Shown piece after piece: positions 1 through 9,360 of a DNA stretch of 64,000 bases. Where the stretch lies: contig CAZDMH010000006.1 of assembly GCA_964506755.1 (NCBI GenBank), positions 31,521 through 95,520 on the forward strand, in the 5' to 3' direction. Origin of the DNA: an uncultured Spirochaetales bacterium. GTDB lineage: Bacteria > Spirochaetota > Spirochaetia > DAHUYW01. The position numbers were made by a program, and so were the translations under genes. The notes below the pieces were generated by a model. The model worked only from the letters and a program-made list of their open reading frames with translations, searched no databases and was not told where the DNA came from. The first letter of the stretch is position 1. Each line of letters opens with the position of its first letter.

Positions 1-22
1 CGGGGACGGTTTCGGGAAGCGC

Positions 23-394
23 GTGCCATCCGGAGCGCGGCAGCACGCCACTGCGGGTCCCTATTCACCAGTCCTCGAGGTGTCGGGGCGCACGATCGTC
101 GTAACCTCCGGGCAGGCCTCGATTGACTCCGAGGGAAAGGTCATTGGGGTAACGATTGAAGAGCAGACGGAGCACACGATCGCCAACTGTCGACGTCAAC
201 TCGAGTCTGCGGGATGCGGTTTGGAGGACGTATTCAAGGTCAACGTCTATCTCACCGATCTCGACCGGTGGTCTGATTTCAATAAGGTCTACGAGCGCTT
301 GATCCCAGAACCGCGCCCTGTGAGAACCGCGGTCCAGGTAGGGCTGCTTCCCGGGCTCCTCGTCGAAATCGAAATGTGGGCAATACTCAGGTAG
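23..394 (+). CDS. RidA/YjgF-family reactive-intermediate (enamine/imine) deaminase
   Basis: 123-aa ORF. GPYSP...VVTSGQ and the C-terminal hydrophobic core are typical of RidA family proteins. Its size matches the family. Confidence 0.8.
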   Translation: MPSGARQHATAGPYSPVLEVSGRTIVVTSGQASIDSEGKVIGVTIEEQTEHTIANCRRQLESAGCGLEDVFKVNVYLTDLDRWSDFNKVYERLIPEPRPVRTAVQVGLLPGLLVEIEMWAILR

Positions 395-399
395 CAACC

Positions 400-1155
400 A
401 TGAAGTGGAAAGAAATGACGGCCGTGGAGCTGAGAGCTCTGGATCGAAAGGTCCCGTTGCTGCTTCCCGTCGCTGCAGTCGAACAGCACGGGCCGCACCT
501 TCCGACTGCAACCGATTCGATGATAGCCGAGCACCTCTGCCTCACGGCGGAGGCAGAGCTCTCAGAGACGGTGCTCCTCCTTCCGACCGTGACGGTTGGC
601 TGCTCAGGTCACCACCTCGATTTCGGGGGGACTCTGTCCGTGGACCATACGACTTTCATCGCCTACGTTTCGGGGATTCTCGATTCGGTCGCCGCTGCCG
701 GCTTTCGCGATATCGTAATCTTCAACAGCCACGGCGGCAATCAAGCTGCAGCTCAGGTGATGGTCGAAAGCTGGGGTATGTCGCATCCGAAATGCCGCGT
801 CGTCCTGCTCACCTGGTGGAAGCTTGCAGGTGAGGCATTGTCGGCGATTACCGAGACAGGACCCGGAGGGGTCGGACATGCCGGAGAGTTCGAGACGTCG
901 TTGATGCTCGCGATCGCGCCCGATTTGGTGCGACACGATCGAATCGAAAAAGGCGGGAATCTCCCTACGTTCCCGTGGGCCGAGTCGGACATGATTCGAG
1001 GAGCGCAGGGCCTTCTCCACAGGCCGGTTCGGGGGATGACCTCAAACGGAGTCTTCGGCGATCCCACCGCCGCGTCAGCGGAGAAGGGCAGGAGAATCGC
1101 CGAAGCTGTCGTAGATAGGCTCAAGACGGTTATTGCTGACCTCGGACGGGGATGA
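400..1155 (+). CDS. creatininase-family amidohydrolase
   Basis: The ORF runs from 376. The ATG at 400 lies just after the RidA stop at 392-394. EQHGPHLP and NSHGGN motifs are characteristic of the creatinine amidohydrolase / MftE-like family. Confidence 0.75.
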   Translation: MKWKEMTAVELRALDRKVPLLLPVAAVEQHGPHLPTATDSMIAEHLCLTAEAELSETVLLLPTVTVGCSGHHLDFGGTLSVDHTTFIAYVSGILDSVAAAGFRDIVIFNSHGGNQAAAQVMVESWGMSHPKCRVVLLTWWKLAGEALSAITETGPGGVGHAGEFETSLMLAIAPDLVRHDRIEKGGNLPTFPWAESDMIRGAQGLLHRPVRGMTSNGVFGDPTAASAEKGRRIAEAVVDRLKTVIADLGRG

Positions 1156-1460
1156 GGGGCGTTCCTGACACGCGAGCAGAAATCGGACCTATGCCGCCAC
1201 TTGCATTACAATCGAGGCAGAGGCTATCGCCACAGATGGACGCGGGTTTGAGGGCTATCTCGATCTTCCCCACCTATCCTTCTTCTGCGGCTGTAGGGTA
1301 CCTCTTCGACCCGACGAAAGCCTGTCTCGAGCCTCCTGTGTATAGGGCGACCTTTTTTTGGCGCAGGCGAACCGCAGAATCGCAACAGCGCCTCCTCTAT
1401 CCATCTCGACAATGGCCACGAAACGACACCCATAGTTGAAGCTGCGCCGATAGGAGTAGC

Positions 1461-3284
1461 ATGATGAAAAGAGAGTTCCATCTTCCAAACGCTCGACTAT
1501 CGGTGATCGTCGTCATTGCTTCACTCTTCGCGGCATGCAGCCAATTTACCCTCTACGACAAGTTCAGCAGCATAGACAAGAACCAATCATCGAACAACCT
1601 GGTAATCTCACCAGCTTCAGCGCTCGTCACGACGGGAACGACTGTCACCTTCACTGCCTCGGGTGGGAGCGCGCCCTACGCTTTTGAAGTGGTCTCAGGC
1701 GGCGGGACCGTCAACTCCACGACCGGTGTCTACTCGTCTCCGGTGACCGTGGGAAACGCCGTTGTTCGTCTTTCCGACGCGACCGGTGCAGCAGTGAACG
1801 CGGCAGTGATAGTTATCGCGGCCGGGGGCTCCGCTCGACTCGCCATCAGCCCTCAGACGGTGAGCGTGTCCTTGGGATCGAACCTTACATTTGCGGCCTC
1901 CGGAGGCACCCCTCCCTATTCGTACGCGATAACGCAGGGCGCCGGGTCAATTGATCCGATCACAGGTGTCTATGCGACCCCCGCTTCGACGGGATCGGCC
2001 ACCATTTCGGTTGCCGACAGCGCCTTCAGCGTACGTTCGGCGGACGTGCAGATAGTGGCGCTTGGTGGGGGGCTCGCAATCACGCCGATGTCAGGCGTTA
2101 TCGGAGCCAACACCTCCTTGACCTTTACCGGCTTCAACGGGGTGCCTCCCTACACGTTCAGCATCGTCGCCGGCGCCGGGACGATCAACGGAAGCTCGGG
2201 CGTCTACCACGCGCCCGGGACGGCCGGGACGGCCACCGTGCGTCTGGCCGACAATGTCGGCTCAACGAGCGAAACCGCGGTCACGATCATTGCTCCTCCC
2301 TCTACGGTGGCAATTCGCCCGGTTGCACCGGCGGTATCCGTCGGAGGGACCGTGAACTTCACCGCAAGCGGAGGCTCGCCGCCCTACAGCTTCTCGGTTC
2401 TCGGCGGCGGAGCGGGCGGAAGCGTCAACGCGATCTCCGGTGCGTACGTTGCACCGATTTCCCCCGGAAACGATACCGTACGCGTGACCGATGCCTTCGG
2501 TGGAATCAGCAACGGCGAGGTAACGGTCGTGGCAGCGTCGCAGCTGGTCATCTCACCCTCGACATTGACGATCAGCGCCGGAAACACCTACCAGTTTGGC
2601 GCAAGCGGCGGTGTCGTTCCATATATCTTCACTTTATTTTCGGGTGCCGGTTCGGTGAATGGTGGTGGCCTGTACACGGCAGCTGCAGTCTCGTCGACTG
2701 ACATCGTACGCGTCACGGACAATGTTGGCTCCACGAGCGACGCGGCTATCTCAGTCGTTTCTGCCGGTCCTCTTGCAATCAGCCCGACTTCCGCAGCTGT
2801 TCCTGAGGGCGGCACAATCACCTTTGCCGGCTCCGGCGGCTCCCCGTCCTACATCTTCAGCGTTTCCGCGGGGACCGGCTCTATCGGAGCATACTCCGGA
2901 ACCTACACTGCGACGGGCTCGGTCGGCGCTTCAGCTGCAACCGTGAAGATTTCCGACGCCACCTCCTTCTCTGTGACTGCAACCGTCGACGTCGTTCCCG
3001 CTGCTCCTTCGTCACTGGTCGCAACCGCAGTCGGAACCCACGAGATCGATCTGACATGGACGAATAATTCGAGCGCCGCCGGCGGCGTTGTCATCGAGCG
3101 CAAAGAGGGCAGCAACGGCACGTATGGAATTGTGACTACCGTCGGTCCTGCCGTGAACAGTTATCAAGACAACCCGAGCTCTCCCGCACTCAGCCCGAAA
3201 ACGCTCTATGTCTATCGCGTTCGCGCGGTGGCGGGACCGCTGGATTCACCGTATTCGAATGAGGCTTTCGATGTGACGCTTTGA
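1461..3284 (+). CDS. exported lipoprotein with seven tandem Ig-like (Big-type) repeats and a C-terminal fibronectin type III domain
   Basis: AGGAG RBS at 1452-1456. Signal peptide with lipobox LFAAC. It has 7 repeats of ~78 aa (consensus ..ISP.S..V..G.T.TFTASGGS.PY.F..VSG.G.IN..TGVY.AP...G.ATVR..D..G...). The C-terminus (PSSLVATAVGTHEIDLTWTN...YVYRVRAV) is FN3-like. Confidence 0.7.
   Translation: MMKREFHLPNARLSVIVVIASLFAACSQFTLYDKFSSIDKNQSSNNLVISPASALVTTGTTVTFTASGGSAPYAFEVVSGGGTVNSTTGVYSSPVTVGNAVVRLSDATGAAVNAAVIVIAAGGSARLAISPQTVSVSLGSNLTFAASGGTPPYSYAITQGAGSIDPITGVYATPASTGSATISVADSAFSVRSADVQIVALGGGLAITPMSGVIGANTSLTFTGFNGVPPYTFSIVAGAGTINGSSGVYHAPGTAGTATVRLADNVGSTSETAVTIIAPPSTVAIRPVAPAVSVGGTVNFTASGGSPPYSFSVLGGGAGGSVNAISGAYVAPISPGNDTVRVTDAFGGISNGEVTVVAASQLVISPSTLTISAGNTYQFGASGGVVPYIFTLFSGAGSVNGGGLYTAAAVSSTDIVRVTDNVGSTSDAAISVVSAGPLAISPTSAAVPEGGTITFAGSGGSPSYIFSVSAGTGSIGAYSGTYTATGSVGASAATVKISDATSFSVTATVDVVPAAPSSLVATAVGTHEIDLTWTNNSSAAGGVVIERKEGSNGTYGIVTTVGPAVNSYQDNPSSPALSPKTLYVYRVRAVAGPLDSPYSNEAFDVTL
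1600..2950. repeat. in-frame tandem coding repeats (~235-240 nt unit, 7 copies) inside the 1461-3284 gene
   Basis: Protein-level periodicity is mirrored at the DNA level (recurring ...ttcaccgc(c/a)agcggaggc...ccctac... blocks). Boundaries are approximate. Confidence 0.5.
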
Positions 3285-3547
3285 TGGGACCGTCGCCGTG
3301 CCGCCACGTGCGGCCACTTGACCTTCGGTCAGCAACCTAGTAGATTCTCAGTTGCTGAACGAAGAGATCCCTCCGCGCCCGGTGGTGTGTTGAGAGCCCA
3401 ATGCCGCTCTCATCGCTCCATTCGACCAGCGGCGCGATCAGTTGTCCTGCCTACCTTCTTGCTCTCGAGAGCGTAGTCCAGTCCACTTCTTCATACGCAA
3501 AATACGACTCATTGGGTTTCAACGGAGAGACCCATCAAAGGATATCT

Positions 3548-4873
3548 ATGGATTCTACGATTACGACTACGTTTCGTGAGCTGGGCCTTCAAGAGGATTT
3601 GCTCGAACAACTTGCGCGTCAAGGCTTCGAGGTACCGACCCCGGTCCAGACTGAGGCGATCCCCTCAGTTCTTGCCGGGAGGGACCTTCTTGCGTCTGCA
3701 CAAACAGGAAGCGGTAAGACCGCTGCATTCTCTCTTCCCATCATCCAGCTCCTTTCCTCCGAGCGCGGGAGACCGGAGCCGCATCGCCCGAGAGCGCTGA
3801 TCCTCGCCCCAACCCGCGAGCTCGCGGGCCAAATAGGGGATGTTATCAAGATATTCACCAAAGGCGGCAGGATATCGAGCACGGTAATCTATGGGGGCGT
3901 CGGAAAACATCAGCAGATACATGCCCTTCGCCGCGGTATCGATATTGCGATTGCTACTCCGGGGCGGCTTCTCGACCTGATGGGGGAGGGCGCGGTGAGC
4001 CTCGATCATGTGAAGATAATCGTTCTCGACGAGGCTGATCGGATGCTCGATATGGGTTTCATACCGGACGTCGAGCGAATCATCAAGCGCCTACCCGCAG
4101 TTCGTCAGTCGCTGTTCTTCTCCGCCACTCTCCCGGCCGCAGTTGTGCGACTTTCCGGTGAGATGCTCACCGACGCTGTGAGGGTTCGCGTCGAGACAAA
4201 CGAGACGACGCGACCGCGGATTGACCAGCAGGTAATGTTCGTCGCCCGCGAGGACAAGCGCGCCGTGCTCCGAATGATACTCTCCGAACGAGACAGCTTT
4301 CGCGCTCTGGTCTTTACCCGTACGAAGTACCGGGCCCGCGATGTCGCCCGTTACCTCGCAAAAAACGGCATCGCTTCGGACGACCTGCACGGGGACAAGA
4401 GCCAGAACGCACGGACGCGTGCTCTTGCGGACTTCCACAGCGGGAGAATCCAGGTTCTTGTCGCTACCGATATAGCCTCACGCGGTATCGACATCGACGA
4501 CATAGACCACGTCATCAACTTCGAGCTGCCGAACGAAACCGAAAGCTACGTTCATCGCATCGGACGAACGGCGAGAGCCGGCAAGGCTGGAATTGCCCTC
4601 TCACTCTGCGATGCCACCGAGCTGGGGAGCCTCTCGTCGATTCAAAGGGCGCTGGAACAAGCGATACCGGTCTATTCCGATCATCGCTACCACAACGAAG
4701 AGGTGGCGTCTGCGGCCAGCCGAATGGGGCGTGGCCGAGCCGGACGGCAATTTGAGAAGCCCGGCCAAGACCGTCGTTCGCGTTCGGGAGGGGTCCCGCC
4801 GAAATCGCGATTCAGCGGCCGAACAGCCGCGAGCGTACCCAGGCGATCGAGCGGACCGCGTCGCCCTCGCTGA
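3548..4873 (+). CDS. DEAD-box ATP-dependent RNA helicase with Arg/Gly/Ser-rich C-terminal tail
   Basis: Q-motif, AQTGSGKT (motif I), PTRELA, DEAD (VLDEADRMLDMGF), SAT and HRIGRTAR motifs are present. The ORF opens at 3401, but the helicase core begins at the ATG at 3548 (MDSTITTTFRELGL). Confidence 0.9.
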   Translation: MDSTITTTFRELGLQEDLLEQLARQGFEVPTPVQTEAIPSVLAGRDLLASAQTGSGKTAAFSLPIIQLLSSERGRPEPHRPRALILAPTRELAGQIGDVIKIFTKGGRISSTVIYGGVGKHQQIHALRRGIDIAIATPGRLLDLMGEGAVSLDHVKIIVLDEADRMLDMGFIPDVERIIKRLPAVRQSLFFSATLPAAVVRLSGEMLTDAVRVRVETNETTRPRIDQQVMFVAREDKRAVLRMILSERDSFRALVFTRTKYRARDVARYLAKNGIASDDLHGDKSQNARTRALADFHSGRIQVLVATDIASRGIDIDDIDHVINFELPNETESYVHRIGRTARAGKAGIALSLCDATELGSLSSIQRALEQAIPVYSDHRYHNEEVASAASRMGRGRAGRQFEKPGQDRRSRSGGVPPKSRFSGRTAASVPRRSSGPRRPR

Positions 4874-5789
4874 CGACGTCCCTGAGCTCCTCGACCGCGG
4901 CTGGCGTCAGGAGCGCGTCCACCCCCATCAGGAACTCTACGCTTCCACGCAATGCGCCCTGCGCGTCCTCGCGGTAGGGGTATTGATCCATCGAGTACCA
5001 GCCGTCGTAGCCGAGCTCCTTGAGCCAGAACAGCAGCTCGACGAACTCGGCGAAGTGCACTGAGCCGACGATCATGTCGTCGTCCCATGAGCGATAGTTG
5101 TCGTTGAAGTGCATGTGAAACAGTTTGCTGCCGTAGTCAGAAAGGATTACCGCAGCTTCCGCTAAGTTCTCTCCCGCCACGAGTGAGTGCCCGGTATCAA
5201 TGGTGACGCCCACGTTCGGCAGATTTACCTCTCGGGCAACGAGCAGGGTATCGGCCGCTCTGGCCATGAAGGAATGGGTCCGGGGCTCCTTTGGCTTGTA
5301 CTCAAGCGAAAACTGAATGTCGGGGAATGCCTTTGCCGCCTTGGAAACAGAGTCGACGATCCAGCCGCGGCTTTCGCGGTAGTCGTGTTGGAAGACGTAG
5401 TCGTAGCCGTCTTGTCCGGGCCAGAGATTGATGAGAGGACAGCCGAGCGTTCGTGCCAACTCTGCGGCAATCACCGTCTCATCCAGCGCCTGGGCTCTTA
5501 TGTCCGCCATTTTGGAGGTAAATGCCCCCTTTCCCCATCGCTTCTGTGAGAAGTGATCGGGGATGATCGAGACACACTGCAGGTTGTACTTGTCGAGCAG
5601 ACCGCCGATCTCCTCGACGTTGTCCTTTGTGACATCCCAGGTCCCTACGAGCTCGACCCCCTCGACTCCGGAGATGTCGGCGGCTTGTCGTATCATCTCC
5701 TCTTTCGATGGCTGGTCCTTGTAACCCGACGACAGAAATCGGTCGCAGGTATTGCCGAGATTTCCGAGTATGACCGCGTACTTAGGCAT
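4812..5789 (-). CDS. sugar phosphate isomerase/epimerase (xylose isomerase-like TIM barrel)
   Basis: 325-aa ORF with the conserved Glu/His/Asp-containing TIM-barrel blocks of the AP-endonuclease-2 / xylose-isomerase-like family (…VGVTIDTGH…, …FHMHFNDN…). Its 3' end overlaps the helicase tail by 62 nt (convergent). Confidence 0.8.
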   Translation of the reverse strand: MPKYAVILGNLGNTCDRFLSSGYKDQPSKEEMIRQAADISGVEGVELVGTWDVTKDNVEEIGGLLDKYNLQCVSIIPDHFSQKRWGKGAFTSKMADIRAQALDETVIAAELARTLGCPLINLWPGQDGYDYVFQHDYRESRGWIVDSVSKAAKAFPDIQFSLEYKPKEPRTHSFMARAADTLLVAREVNLPNVGVTIDTGHSLVAGENLAEAAVILSDYGSKLFHMHFNDNYRSWDDDMIVGSVHFAEFVELLFWLKELGYDGWYSMDQYPYREDAQGALRGSVEFLMGVDALLTPAAVEELRDVVSEGDAVRSIAWVRSRLFGR

Positions 5790-5993
5790 GATTTCCTCCT
5801 GGTGCTTGCTTCCATCGTGAGGTCAGTGCAGCTGTGAATTTCAGTCTACGATGGGTCCATGGGTTTGTCTACGAAGCGAAAGTGCCAAAATGGCGCGAAA
5901 AACGCCTGTTGACAATCGCCACAAACAGGATGGACGTATCCGGGCTCACCGGGTATTATGATGAACCAAATTCGACGGATTCAGGAGGTTGCG

Positions 5994-6182
5994 ATGGCCG
6001 AAAGAGAAACTCTAGTGATAGCTTCCAAGGTGAAGGCTTACATCAAGGCGAACGGCGGGCTGAAGTGCTCGGCGTCCGTCATCGACGCCCTGTCCGACAA
6101 AGTTCGTTCTTTGTGTGACGCTGCCGTCCGAAACGCGCAGGTCGACAAGCGCAAGACAGTTCAAGACAAAGACGTTCAATAG
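5994..6182 (+). CDS. bacterial histone-fold protein (HBb / DUF1931-like singlet)
   Basis: 62 aa from the ATG at 5994, preceded by an AGGAGG RBS at 5981-5986. MAERETLVIASKVKAYIKANGGLKCSASVIDALSDKVRSLCDAAVRNAQVDKRKTVQDKDVQ aligns by eye along its length with Bdellovibrio HBb and the archaeal HMf histone fold, including the R/KKTV loop (RKTVQ). Confidence 0.6.
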   Translation: MAERETLVIASKVKAYIKANGGLKCSASVIDALSDKVRSLCDAAVRNAQVDKRKTVQDKDVQ

Positions 6183-6222
6183 ACAATCCGGGGGCTTGAG
6201 CGCCGACGCCGCAGCCCCCGGC

Positions 6223-8376
6223 CTACTCCCCGACAGACTGTGTTCTCGACTTCGCTGAGCTCGGAGTGAGCGCTGCCTCGCTGCCCTGAGGATAGGTTGT
6301 GAGCTTAGCGCGAGGATAGTAGTGGGAGAGGATTTGCTCGTAGGTGTAGCCGGCAGATGCCATGCCGGCGGCACCGTCCTGGTCCATGCCTACGCCGTGT
6401 CCCCATCCACCGCCGGTAAAGATGAAGTACTCCGGTAGTCCGGCTGCGCCGAGCTTCGGCCGGTAGGTGAACAGGGTGCTACGGAGATCTCCGAGGACCG
6501 ATCGGATGCGGTCACCTTTCACCGTAAGATTCCCTTCGGAACCGACGAGCTCGATTTTCGAAATCCTGCCGGAGATGCCTCGGCCGCGGGTTATGAGGGT
6601 GAGCACGGTGCCGATTGTTTTGATCCGGTCGGCTCTGCGGGTGATCTCCGCAGCGCTCACCCATTTTGTCCATCGGTATGCCGAGCTCGAAAAGAAGGGT
6701 GGCACCGCGCTGTAGCTCGCGGGGTCGCTCTGCAGCCAAGCGGTGAGCTCGGTGAGTGAAAGCTCGTGTGAACGCTCTCCCAGGAGTATGTCGGGTACGG
6801 CCGCCATTCCGCCTGGGTCCCCCCACACTACCTTGCTGGTCTCCGTATAGCCGCCTGAGTTCGCACTGTAGTAGGCCTTCAACGGTTTTCCGTCATATTC
6901 GAGGATTTGTCCTTGCGTCGCATTGACGGCCTCGGTCGTGGCCTTTGATTCGTTTCCCACTCCCAGATAAGCGGCCGATCGAACCGAACCATAGACATCG
7001 AACCCCTTCTTCGCATATGCCCCCATGGAAGCGAGGGTGTATGAACGCGCGGCAACCGCCTGTGCCTTGAGCGCCTCGGGCGGCCAGAAGGAGTACATCT
7101 CAGAAGGCAGTACCGAATAAAGATACTCCTCGAGCGGCAGTCGATCTACCACGGTGAAGCCTTCTGTGCCCGGAATGAGAATGATTTCGCCGCGGTAGGC
7201 GCGATCGCCGGACGTGGCGAAGAAGCTGCCCTTTTCGCTGAGGAGATCGAAAACTACGGTCGTGCTCTCCGGGCTCATGTAGCGCAGCACTGCCGGCGAG
7301 CTCCATGAGAGGAACGGTGGCTGGCCGGGGCTGGAGAGAGTGATATCCGATCCGTCGCGCTTGAGATCGAGCACCTGGCCTTCCTCACCTCGATAGGTCA
7401 ACGTATCCTTTCTGGAAAGGCTCCGAATCTCATACTTGCCTCCCGTCTTGATCGTCAACGAATGGAGGTGCTCGGCGAGGGCGACCCGGATATGAGGAGC
7501 GAGTGCCGAGGCGCTCGGGAAGGTTGTGACCCGAGGCGGTAGAGTATAGCGCTGGCGGTTGGTTGTCGCAGCGGACTGGCTTGCGACGAGCTGAGGATTT
7601 TCACGCTCTACCTTGGCGATGTCGTTCCTTATCCCTTCGTTGTTGGGCAGGATATCCTGTGCCCGTTGCAGCAGTGGATAGGCTTCCTTGATCTTGCCTT
7701 GAGCGAGAATCGAGCGCGCAAGAGGAGGAATTGCGATCGTCAAATCGGCGTTCTGTTTTCGAACAGTTTGGAAGTCGTCTTGCGCATTCGCGAAGTTTCC
7801 GTCCGCATAAGCAATCTCGCCGAGAAAGAACCACGCCATCGGTTGGTGGTTGTGAATGGCAAGCGCCTCGTGAAACAGGGTCACCGCCTTCGCGGTCTGT
7901 CCGAGATCCATATACAGTACGGCCTCAAGGAAGATGGTCCGGTAGCTCGGCTTTGAGAGGGGAAGCATCGACTTCGCCTCTGTCCGTTGTCCAGCGAGCA
8001 CACGCGCGGTAAAAAGCGCGTTTTCGACTTCGGAGCTGTCGGGCGCAGCGGAACGGAGGCTCTCGAGAGCCTTGATAGCATCGAGGTAGTCGCCCGCCTC
8101 CTCATAAAGGTGAACGAGCTCCCATCGAGGGCGCGGAGCGTCGGTGTTGTCGTGAGACAGTTGCTCGAGTGTCGAGATGCTGCCATAGAAATCGCCGCGA
8201 TAGTACGATGATACGGCACCTGCAAAGCTGGGGGGCGGCGCCTTCTGTGCGACGGTCGTGTCTGGCCGCGGATTGACGCACGAGCCTGCCAGCCCGACGA
8301 TTAGGCATACAAACGCGAGCTGATTGCTCCGGTAGAATCGAGGGTGGTATCGATGCAGGTAATCGAACAGTCGCAT
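6223..8376 (-). CDS. SpoIID/LytB-domain protein with N-terminal TPR repeats (peptidoglycan amidase activator-like), lipoprotein
   Basis: 717 aa with lipobox LAGSC and TPR-like helices in the N-terminal third. The C-terminal SpoIID/LytB domain carries ...YSANSGGYTE... and ...GHGVGM... motifs. Confidence 0.8.
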   Translation of the reverse strand: MRLFDYLHRYHPRFYRSNQLAFVCLIVGLAGSCVNPRPDTTVAQKAPPPSFAGAVSSYYRGDFYGSISTLEQLSHDNTDAPRPRWELVHLYEEAGDYLDAIKALESLRSAAPDSSEVENALFTARVLAGQRTEAKSMLPLSKPSYRTIFLEAVLYMDLGQTAKAVTLFHEALAIHNHQPMAWFFLGEIAYADGNFANAQDDFQTVRKQNADLTIAIPPLARSILAQGKIKEAYPLLQRAQDILPNNEGIRNDIAKVERENPQLVASQSAATTNRQRYTLPPRVTTFPSASALAPHIRVALAEHLHSLTIKTGGKYEIRSLSRKDTLTYRGEEGQVLDLKRDGSDITLSSPGQPPFLSWSSPAVLRYMSPESTTVVFDLLSEKGSFFATSGDRAYRGEIILIPGTEGFTVVDRLPLEEYLYSVLPSEMYSFWPPEALKAQAVAARSYTLASMGAYAKKGFDVYGSVRSAAYLGVGNESKATTEAVNATQGQILEYDGKPLKAYYSANSGGYTETSKVVWGDPGGMAAVPDILLGERSHELSLTELTAWLQSDPASYSAVPPFFSSSAYRWTKWVSAAEITRRADRIKTIGTVLTLITRGRGISGRISKIELVGSEGNLTVKGDRIRSVLGDLRSTLFTYRPKLGAAGLPEYFIFTGGGWGHGVGMDQDGAAGMASAGYTYEQILSHYYPRAKLTTYPQGSEAALTPSSAKSRTQSVGE

Positions 8377-8441
8377 TACACTCCCAGTTTCCCTATTGTC
8401 GGCAACACTGAACCTTCAGCCGCCGGCAAAATCTCCTGCGC

Positions 8442-9356
8442 TCAAGGCTCCAAATGTGACACCGGAACCAGGAGTACGGGGACGTTGATGCGGCTCAGGA
8501 CTCGGCTTGCGATGCTTCCCTCCCAAATTGCCGACATGCCGCTCTTACCGTGGGTTCCGAGAACCAGCAACCGCGCCTGCCGTTCGACGACGCTCTCGCA
8601 GATGACGGTCGCCGGATCGCCTCGTCGAAGCTCCGCCGACACCGTTAGGCCGAGCCGTTCGAACTCCCGGCATTCGTTTTCCAGGTACTCCTCCGCCTCT
8701 TCGGCCGCCATCTCGAGCATTCGGTCGGCGCTTGTCGGGAGCAACTTCGTGGAATCCTCCCACTTGCCGGGAAGGGTGCGCAGGGTGGGAACGACCATCA
8801 ACAAGTGTACCACGCTCTGCGTTTCAATCGCGAACTCGCCGGCCACCGAGACGCTTTTCTCATGCTCCGGTGTGCCGTCGAGCGGAACGAGGAACGGCGA
8901 AAGCGTGAGGATCTCCGGTGCAACCTTCTGAGAGCTCGGATGCACGATGAGAACGGGGACCGTTCCGAGGGAAACGAGCTTCTGAGCGATGCTGCCGAAC
9001 ACGAGGGTATTGGGGCCGCTTCTCCCGTGGGTGCACATGACGATTAGATCGTGGTCGAACTCTTCCTGATGATCCGCTATGCTGCGAGCGACGCCGCTGA
9101 CCGGAATATCGTGGACATGATAATTCACCTTTATCTCGGAGCCGAAGAAGCGCTCCGCGGTGGAACGGAGATAGTCGTCGGCCTCCTCCTTCGTGGTCAG
9201 GTGACGCTCCCCGTGGATTTCACTCGGAGCCCTTCCTTCGATGATGTGGACAAGTGTCACCTCCGACGCTCCGTGTTTCGAGAGGTAGGCTGCTGCCGAC
9301 AGAGAAGCTTCAGCGAGTTGAGAGCCGTCCAAGGGAATGAGGATGTGCTTAAACAT
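8442..9356 (-). CDS. tandem universal stress protein (two UspA domains)
   Basis: It has two UspA-like halves, each with ...ILIPLDGS.../...LVMCTHGRSG... ATP-binding-type motifs. The ATG at 9354-9356 lies 4 nt downstream of the mntH stop. The ORF extends to 9386. Confidence 0.8.
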   Translation of the reverse strand: MFKHILIPLDGSQLAEASLSAAAYLSKHGASEVTLVHIIEGRAPSEIHGERHLTTKEEADDYLRSTAERFFGSEIKVNYHVHDIPVSGVARSIADHQEEFDHDLIVMCTHGRSGPNTLVFGSIAQKLVSLGTVPVLIVHPSSQKVAPEILTLSPFLVPLDGTPEHEKSVSVAGEFAIETQSVVHLLMVVPTLRTLPGKWEDSTKLLPTSADRMLEMAAEEAEEYLENECREFERLGLTVSAELRRGDPATVICESVVERQARLLVLGTHGKSGMSAIWEGSIASRVLSRINVPVLLVPVSHLEP

Positions 9357-9360
9357 TGGA

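Noticed and set aside
405-833. 142-aa plus-strand ORF in an alternative frame of the creatininase gene, and 604..1124 minus-strand ORFs
   Set aside because: The Arg/Pro/Ser-rich, low-complexity translations are typical of off-frame ORFs in high-GC DNA. The creatininase-family frame has clear family motifs.
1152-1439. 95-aa ORF in the intergenic region before the repeat lipoprotein
   Set aside because: No RBS, no recognisable domain, and a skewed Arg/Pro/Ser composition. It is more likely promoter or leader sequence for the 1461 gene.
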